Origin: Patescibacteria group bacterium
GTDB lineage: Bacteria; Patescibacteriota; Minisyncoccia; UBA6257; JACRHW01
DNA length: 64,000 nucleotides
Direction: 5' to 3'
NCBI GenBank assembly: GCA_028865725.1
Contig: JAGWJP010000001.1
Location: 143,143 to 207,142, forward strand
Part shown: piece by piece, positions 50,329 to 59,064 of the stretch
Layout: every line of letters begins with the position of its first letter
Numbering within the stretch: position 1 is the first letter of the stretch
Position numbers and translations under genes: made by a program
Notes under the pieces: model-generated
Told to the model about the DNA's origin: nothing
The model's input: the letters and a program-made list of their open reading frames with translations, nothing else
Databases searched by the model: none

Positions 50329-51450
50329 TTACTTCAACCCTAAGGCCTTTTCTCCCTGTTCAAAGAGATCGAGAAACTCCCTTGATAGAATGAGCGGTAT
50401 AAATTTTTGCTTATCGCCGTCTGATAATTTTGGGAGAGAATCAATATCCCACGCTTCAAAACCTATTGCCTTGCCGGTTTCTATTTTCAAATCTTTGATA
50501 TCACCATCGAATAAATAAACATATTGGGCCCTGAGAGTATTGTTGGTGAGACCGGTAGCTTCGTCGAAACTCTTTTTTGGCATTGTCTTTACCAATTTCA
50601 GTTTGGCCGGATCAAGAGTGATCCCGGTTTCTTCCAGAGCTTCTTTTAAAGCGGTTGCTTCATATGACATTCCCGGATCTACATGACCACCAACCGTTGC
50701 ATCGAGTTTATCAGGATAGGTATCTTTATCTTTTGCCCGGTGTTGGAAGATTAGCTTGCGATCTGGTGTCATAAACCAAATATGAATTTCTCTGTGAAGC
50801 AATCCTTCTTTGTGGATTTTCTTTCTGTTCTCCAGTCCGATTACTTCGTTCTTTTCATTTACCACCTCAAGCAATTCAATACCTGAAATCCTATCATGCG
50901 CAATCGCAATTAGTCTGTTGAACGGTCCAAAGCCATCATCCGAAGTGATGTGTCCGCCCTTCGGAATGGTTATAACCTCAGATCCGAGAAGCTTTTCAAA
51001 TTTTTCTTTAGTTTTCTCGTATGGCACCCAAGGATCATTATCTCCCAATAAGGTGACCAAGAAGCCCAAATTGCTTCTTACTTTTGCAGTATCGATGGGA
51101 GTCTCTGTCCAAGGTTTTGCGATTGCTTCTGCATCCGGCCCCTCAAGATTTTCAAGATCAAACCAGCCAGCGACAAATATTGCGCCACCAACTTTTATAT
51201 TAATAGTTTGTAGATAGCGCATTATAGTCTGACACCCAATACTATGCCCAATAAAGTATGTATCCTGATCCGGAGTGCCAACGATACGATCAAGAAAGGG
51301 CACCCAATCCTCGATGGTAGGATTTTCAGTATGTGGCAAATCTGGACAGACAACCTCGTAGCCAAGCTTCTTGAATTCTGTGGTTGTCCAAGGCATCCAA
51401 TCCCGATCCGATGCCCCATCCCAACCATGAACAATAATTATTTTTTTCAT
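50329..51450 (-). CDS. Fusion protein: an N-terminal alpha/beta-hydrolase (YdeN/RBBP9-like serine hydrolase) joined to a C-terminal Nudix hydrolase.
   Basis: The N-terminus IIIVHGWDGASDRDW...YFIGHSIGCQ is Ser-hydrolase-like. The Nudix box GGHVDPGMSYEATALKEALEETGI is present. Confidence 0.7.
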   Translation of the reverse strand: MKKIIIVHGWDGASDRDWMPWTTTEFKKLGYEVVCPDLPHTENPTIEDWVPFLDRIVGTPDQDTYFIGHSIGCQTIMRYLQTINIKVGGAIFVAGWFDLENLEGPDAEAIAKPWTETPIDTAKVRSNLGFLVTLLGDNDPWVPYEKTKEKFEKLLGSEVITIPKGGHITSDDGFGPFNRLIAIAHDRISGIELLEVVNEKNEVIGLENRKKIHKEGLLHREIHIWFMTPDRKLIFQHRAKDKDTYPDKLDATVGGHVDPGMSYEATALKEALEETGITLDPAKLKLVKTMPKKSFDEATGLTNNTLRAQYVYLFDGDIKDLKIETGKAIGFEAWDIDSLPKLSDGDKQKFIPLILSREFLDLFEQGEKALGLK

Positions 51451-51860
51451 AAATTTTCTTTGATTTTTTTATAAATTTCCATAAGCACATCTTCAGGAAT
51501 CTTGAAACTATGGTCAGTTTTATAATTATGACCCCACAATTTATCTTCAAAAGTGGTGTTCAGAAATTCCTTTGGTTTTGCATAGCGAGGAATAAAATGT
51601 CCATGCAAATGTCTGGTTTCATTGCCAAGAAAAGCATAATTAAACCAATCTGGCTGAAAAACTTTACTGATCGCATTTTTCAAGTCCGTAAGAACTGAAA
51701 ATAATTCCTGCTGTTCTTCTTGTGTGGCTTCGGTAAGATCAAGAGCATTTTCTCTTTTGCACCAAACCACACATCGTCCTAAATATCCCTGATTTTCGTG
51801 GATATATACAGACCAGTATCTATATTCTTTGATTAAAAATTTTGAGTAGTTATCTGACAT
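51447..51860 (-). CDS. HIT (histidine triad) family nucleotide hydrolase/transferase.
   Basis: HLHGHFIPR histidine triad. It overlaps the downstream gene by 4 nt. Confidence 0.65.
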   Translation of the reverse strand: MSDNYSKFLIKEYRYWSVYIHENQGYLGRCVVWCKRENALDLTEATQEEQQELFSVLTDLKNAISKVFQPDWFNYAFLGNETRHLHGHFIPRYAKPKEFLNTTFEDKLWGHNYKTDHSFKIPEDVLMEIYKKIKENL

Positions 51861-51861
51861 A

Positions 51862-52818
51862 TTAATATGCGGTTGTCCTTGTTAAATGATAGGGCTTGTC
51901 ATCGGGGTATTTCGTTTGAGTATATAGCCAAAGATGATCGTTTATGTCCATAGAAGTGATTCCATCAAACCTTTTTTGAACCTCTTGTTTTATAAACTCA
52001 ACCGCCCAGATCGTATTAGCCCTGATTTCAATTTCTTCCTCGCTGTCATGCGGAATGGGGGTTTTAGAATCGATTTTTTCGGCCAGTGAATCGACATAGG
52101 AGAGAATGCCGAATTTTCTAAGTGCTTGAGGCAATTTATAATCAGCACAAGCGGTGATTTCATTGGCATTTTTGAAATCGCCGGGTCCCTGATGTTTAAA
52201 TAACTGGTAGATATCGGCAATTAAAAGCTGGGCTCTTTTATAAAAATCTATCTCTTTTCCTTTATAAATACTTACGTCTCTAAAAGAAGGGAACGTTTCG
52301 ATAATGAACTCGAGTAAATGAACAGCGTCTTTATTTGCTTGCAAAATAAAATCAGAGAAATTGCCGTTGTTCTTTGCGATCAATGCTTTACCAGTCTCGA
52401 CCATAATGACATGTCGTTCATTAAGCAATGGAATCTCTGAATTACCTCGCAGGATCTCGGCGAGTTCCTGCCTGCTCATTTTAGATCGATAGTCGGCACT
52501 TAAAATATCTCGTCCTTCATCTATGGCTCGCTTGAGTGCAACAATCATTCCCCATGCACCGTCAAATTGCTGATCTTTATAAGTTATCGTCCATTTGGGG
52601 TTGCCCCAATAGCTGAAGCTAAGAGCGTTAAAAACAAATAGAAAGTTAAGTTTGTCATCATCGGATAATTCGGAAAAACCAAACGGGGCGGCTGAGAGCC
52701 AGTGCTGAACGTTGGTATGGTCAAAATTCTTTGCGAATTCCAAAACCTTGTCTTGGTTAATTCGGACAAATTGAGATTGATCGATTACCAACTTAGTTGT
52801 TTCTAAAACTTTATTCAT
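51862..52818 (-). CDS. Uncharacterised protein. It possibly belongs to the DUF2419/queuosine-salvage (QNG1-like) family, but that assignment is tentative.
   Basis: 318 aa with FNALSFSYWGNPKW. The family assignment rests on recollection only. Confidence 0.35.
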   Translation of the reverse strand: MNKVLETTKLVIDQSQFVRINQDKVLEFAKNFDHTNVQHWLSAAPFGFSELSDDDKLNFLFVFNALSFSYWGNPKWTITYKDQQFDGAWGMIVALKRAIDEGRDILSADYRSKMSRQELAEILRGNSEIPLLNERHVIMVETGKALIAKNNGNFSDFILQANKDAVHLLEFIIETFPSFRDVSIYKGKEIDFYKRAQLLIADIYQLFKHQGPGDFKNANEITACADYKLPQALRKFGILSYVDSLAEKIDSKTPIPHDSEEEIEIRANTIWAVEFIKQEVQKRFDGITSMDINDHLWLYTQTKYPDDKPYHLTRTTAY

Positions 52819-53138
52819 AGTGTTTCAATAGGATAAATATCGAAAGCAACCTCCTCGTAAGGATGAACCGCTTTCACTTTTTTAATTACTTCGTCCAAAA
52901 TGGATCGAGGAACGACTGCTTCGATCCGCTCTTCTTCGACCGATTCATAGTTTCCACTTTTACCGATAGCTGGGTGAGAATTTTCATTGCCACGATAACG
53001 TCCGATACCTCTGGATGAAAAAGAACAAAAATCATAATTGCCGACTTTACCAGCACCGGCTTCTCCAAGTGTCTGTCTTACAATATCAGCATGGGATAAT
53101 GGAACAAACACTACTAATTTCACATCTTCTGTTTTCAT
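52815..53138 (-). CDS. Small protein (107 aa) resembling the PII-like insert domain of NIF3/YqfO proteins.
   Basis: ...HPYEEVAFDIYPI C-terminal motif. It starts 12 nt after the stop of the PHP-ATPase and overlaps the next gene by 4 nt. Confidence 0.4.
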   Translation of the reverse strand: MKTEDVKLVVFVPLSHADIVRQTLGEAGAGKVGNYDFCSFSSRGIGRYRGNENSHPAIGKSGNYESVEEERIEAVVPRSILDEVIKKVKAVHPYEEVAFDIYPIETL

Positions 53139-53149
53139 TGTTTTATAAA

Positions 53150-56029
53150 TTAATCTGGAAAACTATATTTTTGTTCGCGTTTTTGAAATGCCTCTTTGCC
53201 ACCCTCGAGTATCTCGCAGACATGCTGTCTAATCCCTTTGCGATACAAGATTGCTGGTTCTTGCTCGGCATTGAACTCGAAAGTATTTTCAAGAGCACCT
53301 GACACATATTCAAATCTGTATTTTTTATTATCGCGCCCGATCTCTTGACCGGCTTGGTTCGCGACAATTGTCTCCTCCGAATCTGCACCGACTACAAGGT
53401 TTGGATTATGCGTAACAATAATGATTTGCCTCTGCAATTTTTTCTTTTTCAGAAAGTCTACAAGATCATCGTATACAGAACGGTTGTCGAGATCGTCTTC
53501 GGGCTGATCGAGAAGTATAGGCCATTCTTCATTGCTCAAATTTATGAGCAATTGAAGCAACACGAGGCCTTTCTTTCCGGGAGACATTTTATCAAGCGAA
53601 TCGTTTTTGTAGAAAATTCTAAAATCCAGGAAAAAATAATTATCTAGCAACTTTGTCGAGGCATCTTTTGCTTGGCGATTCTTGACTGTGTTAATAGTGC
53701 CACCAACTAATCCTTCGAATACCGTTGTGATATTAGCAAGGTGCTTTGCTGGGTCATATTTATAAATAAATTCGTCGCCCCACTCAGCTTCGACAATTAC
53801 ACGCTTCAGATCGTGTTTATTTATATATTCCTTGACCACGTCGGAATTAAAAATATCGTCATTAAAACTTACATGGACTCCGAGTGTGATATCTCCAAAT
53901 TTACTCTCAAATTTCTTGAATTCATTCCGCAGGTTTTCGTACTTAGCGACAATCTGCTTATAGGATTCAATGATGCTGTCGGTCTTCTTTTTATGAGACG
54001 CTTTTTTGGTCTTCAGATTATTTCTCTTTATTGCTATTTCGTTCAATTTTTGTTGCTCTTTCTTGATAGCGTCTGTTTTCTCTTGTAACTCTGATTGCAA
54101 TTGGATTTTCGCAAGTAATGGTGCAAGCTCTGCTTTTATCCTTGTCATTTCCGCATTATGAACTTTAAGCTTTGCATCTATCGTGGTGATAAGGTTGAGC
54201 GTGGCAGTTTTTAGCCCAGGTTCGAAAGAATCAATTACTTTTAATTCGCTCTTAAACTTCGTTTTTATGTCGGCGTCATTCAAATACTCTTCGCATTCGT
54301 CTGCGGTTGTTCGCAATGATTCGACTTGAGAAATCAGGCTAGTATTTAAATTCTTTATGGTCTTTTTATCCTCTTCGAGATTTGAAACCTGTGCATTGAT
54401 TTCCTTTTCCTTTGCCACTAATCCCTCATACTGTTTGAGCTGTTCATCGGTCAGACCCGATTTTGCCTTGATAGCATCTGCCTGATTTTGAAGCGTTTTA
54501 ATATAACTCTCTATACCTTTCTCATCCCCTGCCTGTTTCAACTCCTCCTCGGTCTTTCCGATATCGTTGCGATCCAAAAATAACTCATTGATTGCAGTTG
54601 GGATAGACTTAGCTTCAGCTTTTATTTCTCGAAGGGTCTCCTCATATTTTTCTTTTACCGCTGGATCTTGCAAGATCACGTTGAGTACGAACTCATTCAG
54701 GGCCTCACGGCTCTTAATATTGGCTTCCGAAAGTGTATTCAGGTAACGCTGTGGTATATAAAGGATTTTACGTTCTTTTGATTCTTCTTCCGCTGATCCC
54801 TCCGGAACCCGAAGCAGAGTGTGCTGGCCGTCTTTCCATGTGACTTCGAAATTGAAATCCACCGAGTTATCAAAATCGTATTTGACCGGAACCCCGCTGT
54901 CTGAAGTACGACTTTTAACTTCCTGCTGGTCGATCGTTTTGGCCATGTAATAAAGCAGGAGAGATTTACCCGTAGATTTTCCACCGATAATGGTGGTCAG
55001 GTTCTGATTCACTTCTATAGGATCACTTCCAAATTTTGCATCACTTGTATTATCCAAAAAACGGACTTTGTCTATGACGAAATATGACTTTTTCTCCTCC
55101 GGTTTCTGGGGTCCGACAAAAATGCGCTGATCAGATTCGAAGACTATCTGTTTAAGACCTTCGAACGTTGGATCGGCTTTAATCCAAAGGAAGTTACCGT
55201 CTTGATCAGCTTTACCAAGATCACGCAATGATCTGGCGTCCGAGCTTATATGAGAACAAAACTTTGAGGTAAGCGACGTGTTAGTTTTGATATAGTCAGA
55301 GACGGAAGCTGATGACTGTTGACGCTGAGACTGCAAAAGGTTCATCTTTTGATAATTAAAGATATCAGCCAAGTGTGTCCGATCAGTCGCCGTACGTTCT
55401 TGGAAAAGACCGTTACTGCTGTTGCAATGAGGATAAATTATAATCCCTCCGTTTCTTTTGACTTCGTCTATGATTTCCTTGATATCAGTGCTTGTGGTCG
55501 TGAGAACTCCTTGGCTGTTTGTCCGGTTATTGATATTGAATTTTGTTAGAAACGCTTGAATGCCGGCAGAAAATGTAGACTTTTGGTACAGCTTGTCCGA
55601 AAAGAATAACAACATGTGAATGCCTTGGCAGTTGATCTCTACACCAGGGATGATTTTACAACGAGACTCTTTTGAATACTCTATGAACGTATCGAGCAGG
55701 CAATCGTCAAAATAATTATGATCGGTTATGCCTATACAATCTAAGTCGGGATTGAAGGTATCGAGAAAAGCAAAATAATTCCTGATGTGATTCACGCACC
55801 TATCGTTTTTTGTAATTTGAGCATTATTAAAATAAACCTTCGAGTCGTAGAGCAAGGCATTTTCTTCGCCCCCAACCTTAGCGATGTACTGTTGCCAAGC
55901 TGTCGGGTTAGCCGACTTTAATTCCTCTGAATAGTTTGCGAGAGGGATATAGTTGTCGTCCAAAATGGTCTGTGTTTGCAGGTCCCACTTTCTCCATATC
56001 GAACCTTTTGGATAAGGAAAATTATTCAT
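53150..56029 (-). CDS. 959-aa fusion of an N-terminal PHP-family phosphoesterase, a long coiled coil and a split ABC/SMC-type ATPase. It is a candidate defence effector.
   Basis: PHP-like His/Asp motifs CIGITDHNYFDD, IIPGVEINCQGIHMLLFF and IIIYPHCNSSNG. Walker A TTIIGGKSTGKSLL. About 350 aa of heptad-like K/E-rich sequence. Signature-like MSPGKKGLVLLQLL. Walker B PILLDQPEDDLD. H-loop IIIVTHNP. Confidence 0.75.
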   Translation of the reverse strand: MNNFPYPKGSIWRKWDLQTQTILDDNYIPLANYSEELKSANPTAWQQYIAKVGGEENALLYDSKVYFNNAQITKNDRCVNHIRNYFAFLDTFNPDLDCIGITDHNYFDDCLLDTFIEYSKESRCKIIPGVEINCQGIHMLLFFSDKLYQKSTFSAGIQAFLTKFNINNRTNSQGVLTTTSTDIKEIIDEVKRNGGIIIYPHCNSSNGLFQERTATDRTHLADIFNYQKMNLLQSQRQQSSASVSDYIKTNTSLTSKFCSHISSDARSLRDLGKADQDGNFLWIKADPTFEGLKQIVFESDQRIFVGPQKPEEKKSYFVIDKVRFLDNTSDAKFGSDPIEVNQNLTTIIGGKSTGKSLLLYYMAKTIDQQEVKSRTSDSGVPVKYDFDNSVDFNFEVTWKDGQHTLLRVPEGSAEEESKERKILYIPQRYLNTLSEANIKSREALNEFVLNVILQDPAVKEKYEETLREIKAEAKSIPTAINELFLDRNDIGKTEEELKQAGDEKGIESYIKTLQNQADAIKAKSGLTDEQLKQYEGLVAKEKEINAQVSNLEEDKKTIKNLNTSLISQVESLRTTADECEEYLNDADIKTKFKSELKVIDSFEPGLKTATLNLITTIDAKLKVHNAEMTRIKAELAPLLAKIQLQSELQEKTDAIKKEQQKLNEIAIKRNNLKTKKASHKKKTDSIIESYKQIVAKYENLRNEFKKFESKFGDITLGVHVSFNDDIFNSDVVKEYINKHDLKRVIVEAEWGDEFIYKYDPAKHLANITTVFEGLVGGTINTVKNRQAKDASTKLLDNYFFLDFRIFYKNDSLDKMSPGKKGLVLLQLLINLSNEEWPILLDQPEDDLDNRSVYDDLVDFLKKKKLQRQIIIVTHNPNLVVGADSEETIVANQAGQEIGRDNKKYRFEYVSGALENTFEFNAEQEPAILYRKGIRQHVCEILEGGKEAFQKREQKYSFPD

Positions 56030-56034
56030 AAATA

Positions 56035-56832
56035 CTAAAGAATTACAGTCACTTTTTCATAAAGCATAGGCCAGCTATCCTGACGCATTCTAAATTTAGT
56101 ACCGTGGTTATGACCACTGCGAGCATCGAAGTCGACGAGAATCTTTGCTTCTTCAATAGCTTTCAAAAATCCTTCAAAGCTGAATTTTTGAAGCATCATA
56201 ACCTTATTGTATTTGTAATATTCCTTACCTCGGACAGTTTTGACCTCTGCCTGAACATAAAAACTATTCAAAAGTTTTGTACCGGCCTTATGTTCAAGAT
56301 CATCAAAACCCCAATATGGCTGTGGATTAAGTTCGCCAAGTCCTACTCGTTCCTTTACCACCTTAAGCCATTCGGCGTGTCGGATGTCCACGCTCTTCGC
56401 ATCAAATGATATTAAGACTTTCTTTTCGGTCCGATCGATTTTTACCATAAAACCACGATCGCTACGTGTAAGACCATGAATAGTCTGTCGAAAACTCATC
56501 TCACCTTTTGGATACTTCTTGCCATCTTCCTGATGCGCCCAACCATATTTCGGTAAAAGAACTTGTGGCACAAAACGAATAGCTCTGGGGGAGGGTTCAA
56601 TGTGAAATAAAGTACAAAGAGAAGTTGAATTCAATCGTTGGGCTTTTAATTCCCATTCGGCCGCATTTGGAATAGGTAGATTATTTTCTTTGATTCCGAG
56701 TAAGTCTTCGAGAGTATTCCCGATACCGCCGTGATTGCCCTTGCGAGCATTAGGAACCCACCCCATATTGGCAATCTCTTTTAATTTTTCAATAAGGGCC
56801 GGCTTTGTGTAAATTTTCGGTTTGTTTGGCAT
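56035..56832 (-). CDS. Putative Type II restriction endonuclease (by recollection, MvaI/BcnI-like).
   Basis: Immediately downstream of the MTase. Start moved from the listed TTG (56913, overlapping the MTase by 77 nt) to the ATG at 56830-56832 (MPNKPKIYTK), 4 nt after the MTase stop. The family call is tentative. Confidence 0.5.
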   Translation of the reverse strand: MPNKPKIYTKPALIEKLKEIANMGWVPNARKGNHGGIGNTLEDLLGIKENNLPIPNAAEWELKAQRLNSTSLCTLFHIEPSPRAIRFVPQVLLPKYGWAHQEDGKKYPKGEMSFRQTIHGLTRSDRGFMVKIDRTEKKVLISFDAKSVDIRHAEWLKVVKERVGLGELNPQPYWGFDDLEHKAGTKLLNSFYVQAEVKTVRGKEYYKYNKVMMLQKFSFEGFLKAIEEAKILVDFDARSGHNHGTKFRMRQDSWPMLYEKVTVIL

Positions 56833-56836
56833 ATCT

Positions 56837-57658
56837 TTATAAAAGTTTTTGTTGGGCTTTATGGTTTTTAATTCTCTTCTCGGCCATCTCGCAATACTCC
56901 GGCGAAAGATCAATACCGATATAATGCCGGTTAAAATTTATTGCAGAAAGTGCGGTAGTACCAGAACCCATAAATGGGTCCAGAATAATTTTCGCATTGG
57001 TAGACGACACAATACGATCTATAAGATTTACAGGGAAAGCGGCTGGATGTTCGTTATTCATCTCCTGTGTAAATTCCCATACGTCACCGTGGCCACTTGC
57101 CTTAGGTGATAATTTAAATTTAGGTTTGGCGATAAGATAGATCACTTCGTATGTCGGCACAAAGTAACCGGGGTTAAAATTGAAACCGCCCTTTCTTCTC
57201 CAAATTATTATCTGGCGCACAGGAAAGCCACTTACAATATCCTGCCGATCCTGCAAAACACCTCCTTGTACGCGCCATTTATGATTGTAGAAAATCGCAC
57301 CATCTTCAGGAATAATCCTCATCATCTCCGCCAAGCATTCACGTTGCCATTTCACATACTCATCATGAGGCATACAGTCGTTATGGTGGGAGTAACCTTT
57401 TTGAAGTGCGGCATTTGCCCATTTACCACCACGGCCATCTTTCATGCCATTACCTGTAGAATTTTTAAGATTATAGGGTGGCGAAGTCACTATTAAATCA
57501 ACCGAGCCATCAGGTATTTTTTTCATGATATCAACTGCATTACCGCAGATGATTTTATTTAAAAAGTGATTAGGATATTCTAACTTCATAACCTTAGATT
57601 TAATGGGGCTCGTCTTTATTTTTACTTGAGTTTCCATATTATTTTGAATGCTTTTCAT
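56837..57658 (-). CDS. Beta-class DNA amino-methyltransferase (N4-cytosine or N6-adenine).
   Basis: Motif IV DLIVTSPPY precedes motif I FMGSGTT, which is the beta-class order. Confidence 0.85.
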   Translation of the reverse strand: MKSIQNNMETQVKIKTSPIKSKVMKLEYPNHFLNKIICGNAVDIMKKIPDGSVDLIVTSPPYNLKNSTGNGMKDGRGGKWANAALQKGYSHHNDCMPHDEYVKWQRECLAEMMRIIPEDGAIFYNHKWRVQGGVLQDRQDIVSGFPVRQIIIWRRKGGFNFNPGYFVPTYEVIYLIAKPKFKLSPKASGHGDVWEFTQEMNNEHPAAFPVNLIDRIVSSTNAKIILDPFMGSGTTALSAINFNRHYIGIDLSPEYCEMAEKRIKNHKAQQKLL

Positions 57659-57842
57659 TTTTCTTTTTTACGTTACTCGTCTCCTCAAGAAAGGTGTTGA
57701 GGTCTGATTGTTTGATCCGCCAAACCCCCAACTTAGACGCTTTTAATCTACCGGACTCGATATATCGGGTTACGGTGCGAGTATGTACTCGTAATATTTC
57801 GGCAATTTCCTCAATGGTAAAAAGTTTTTCGATTTCGTTCAT
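57639..57842 (-). CDS. Small HTH DNA-binding protein (excisionase/MerR-type HTH). It may be the R-M controller.
   Basis: FTIEEIAEILRVHTRTVTRYIESGRLKASKLG..WRI. It overlaps the MTase start by 20 nt. Confidence 0.65.
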   Translation of the reverse strand: MNEIEKLFTIEEIAEILRVHTRTVTRYIESGRLKASKLGVWRIKQSDLNTFLEETSNVKKKNEKHSK

Positions 57843-58003
57843 AAAAATAAATTAAGTCGTTGGTATCATTTTACCGCTTTCAGATTTCGTTGTCAAAATT
57901 GCCGGTTTTTGTCATAATGTACTTATGAGCTAATCTGATAAAGTTTAGTGAATGGGAGACATAAAATAGGTCCGATTCACTAAAATTTGATTAATCGGCT
58001 TGA

Positions 58004-58026
58004 GTTATTCGAAAATTTCGAATAAC
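58004..58026. promoter_or_regulatory. Perfect 11-bp-arm palindrome (gttattcgaaa a tttcgaataac) just upstream of ORF 58038. It is operator-like.
   Basis: Read directly from the sequence. Confidence 0.45.
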
Positions 58027-58037
58027 TGCATAAAAAA

Positions 58038-58721
58038 ATGAGTATGAAAATGAAAAAGGTCGCCAAGACCACCGAGTACAAATTTAATATAAGAAAACCG
58101 GTTGAGTTTATGTCCACTTACCGGCTATCAGTGGCTACCACTGAAAAGATTTTGCGGTTATCGATGAAATCAGCTGGCATAACCGACAGCGTTCAGATAA
58201 TAAAACACAATCAACCAGCTATCGGGCTTCTAACGAAAGAAATCATCGAAACCAAGCTCGAGGTAAAGAGTATCCGGTCCCTTTTAGAACGCCGAACTAG
58301 CAAATTTGAAGGGTTAACCGAATATGATCAGCATTTTATAAATACATTTGCCAAAGTGGCCGCAATTTCTTTCGCTGAATATTTTTCTCAAGGCAAAACC
58401 AAACCAGTATTAAACCAGACAATTCTCCACTTGTCGGCCGAGGCAGATTTATACCGTGAGCCGAAAAACAAGTATTGCTACCCTATGGGCAAAGAGCAGT
58501 CGCGTCACCAGATAGTTAAATACTTGATTGGCAAAGGATATCAAGCCACACCGGATATTCGCATGGCAACCAGTGCCAAAAGCGACTCATCCGTCCGTTC
58601 AGCAATCATGAAAATAAACGCTAAAGCCAAGCACGACCTAGAAATAGAGAAGAAATTGATTGAGGGCCGTCGCACTGGTGGTTACCGCATCAATCCAGAA
58701 TACAGAATTTTCTTGAAGTGA
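58038..58721 (+). CDS. Hypothetical protein (227 aa), first gene of a phage/plasmid-like module.
   Basis: ORF; a terminator lies downstream. Confidence 0.45.
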   Translation: MSMKMKKVAKTTEYKFNIRKPVEFMSTYRLSVATTEKILRLSMKSAGITDSVQIIKHNQPAIGLLTKEIIETKLEVKSIRSLLERRTSKFEGLTEYDQHFINTFAKVAAISFAEYFSQGKTKPVLNQTILHLSAEADLYREPKNKYCYPMGKEQSRHQIVKYLIGKGYQATPDIRMATSAKSDSSVRSAIMKINAKAKHDLEIEKKLIEGRRTGGYRINPEYRIFLK

Positions 58722-58758
58722 CGCTCGTAGTCCTCAAGTAATGTTAATAACTTTTCCG

Positions 58759-58787
58759 AAACGCTCACAAAATGGGCGTTTTTTGTT
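58759..58787 (+). terminator. Intrinsic terminator.
   Basis: AACGCtcacaaaatggGCGTTtttttg. Confidence 0.45.
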
Positions 58788-58848
58788 TGCCAAAATTTAT
58801 CCGCGGACTATTTAAGGCATAGCGGGTCGTTCGCTACGATAAACGCAT

Positions 58849-59064
58849 ATGTTAAGCGTTGAGCGAGTCAAACAATTAGCGAACGATCCCACTCTCTCTG
58901 ATAAGCAAATCGAGGAAATCAGAGACGGCTTTTATATGCTCTCACAAGTGATCTTTGAACAGTGGCAAGCCGAGAGAAACAAGGCTAAAGAAGCTGAGCA
59001 AAAAGATAATAAGAAAATTAATAATCAAAATGAATATGAAAAACCAACCGGACAACAGCAGTAA
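58849..59064 (+). CDS. Hypothetical small protein (71 aa).
   Basis: ORF only. Confidence 0.35.
   Translation: MLSVERVKQLANDPTLSDKQIEEIRDGFYMLSQVIFEQWQAERNKAKEAEQKDNKKINNQNEYEKPTGQQQ

Noticed and set aside
56833-56913. TTG start of the REase ORF, overlapping the MTase by 77 nt.
   Set aside because: The in-frame ATG at 56830-56832 gives a 4-nt gap after the MTase stop and a protein of typical REase size. The long overlap is unlikely.
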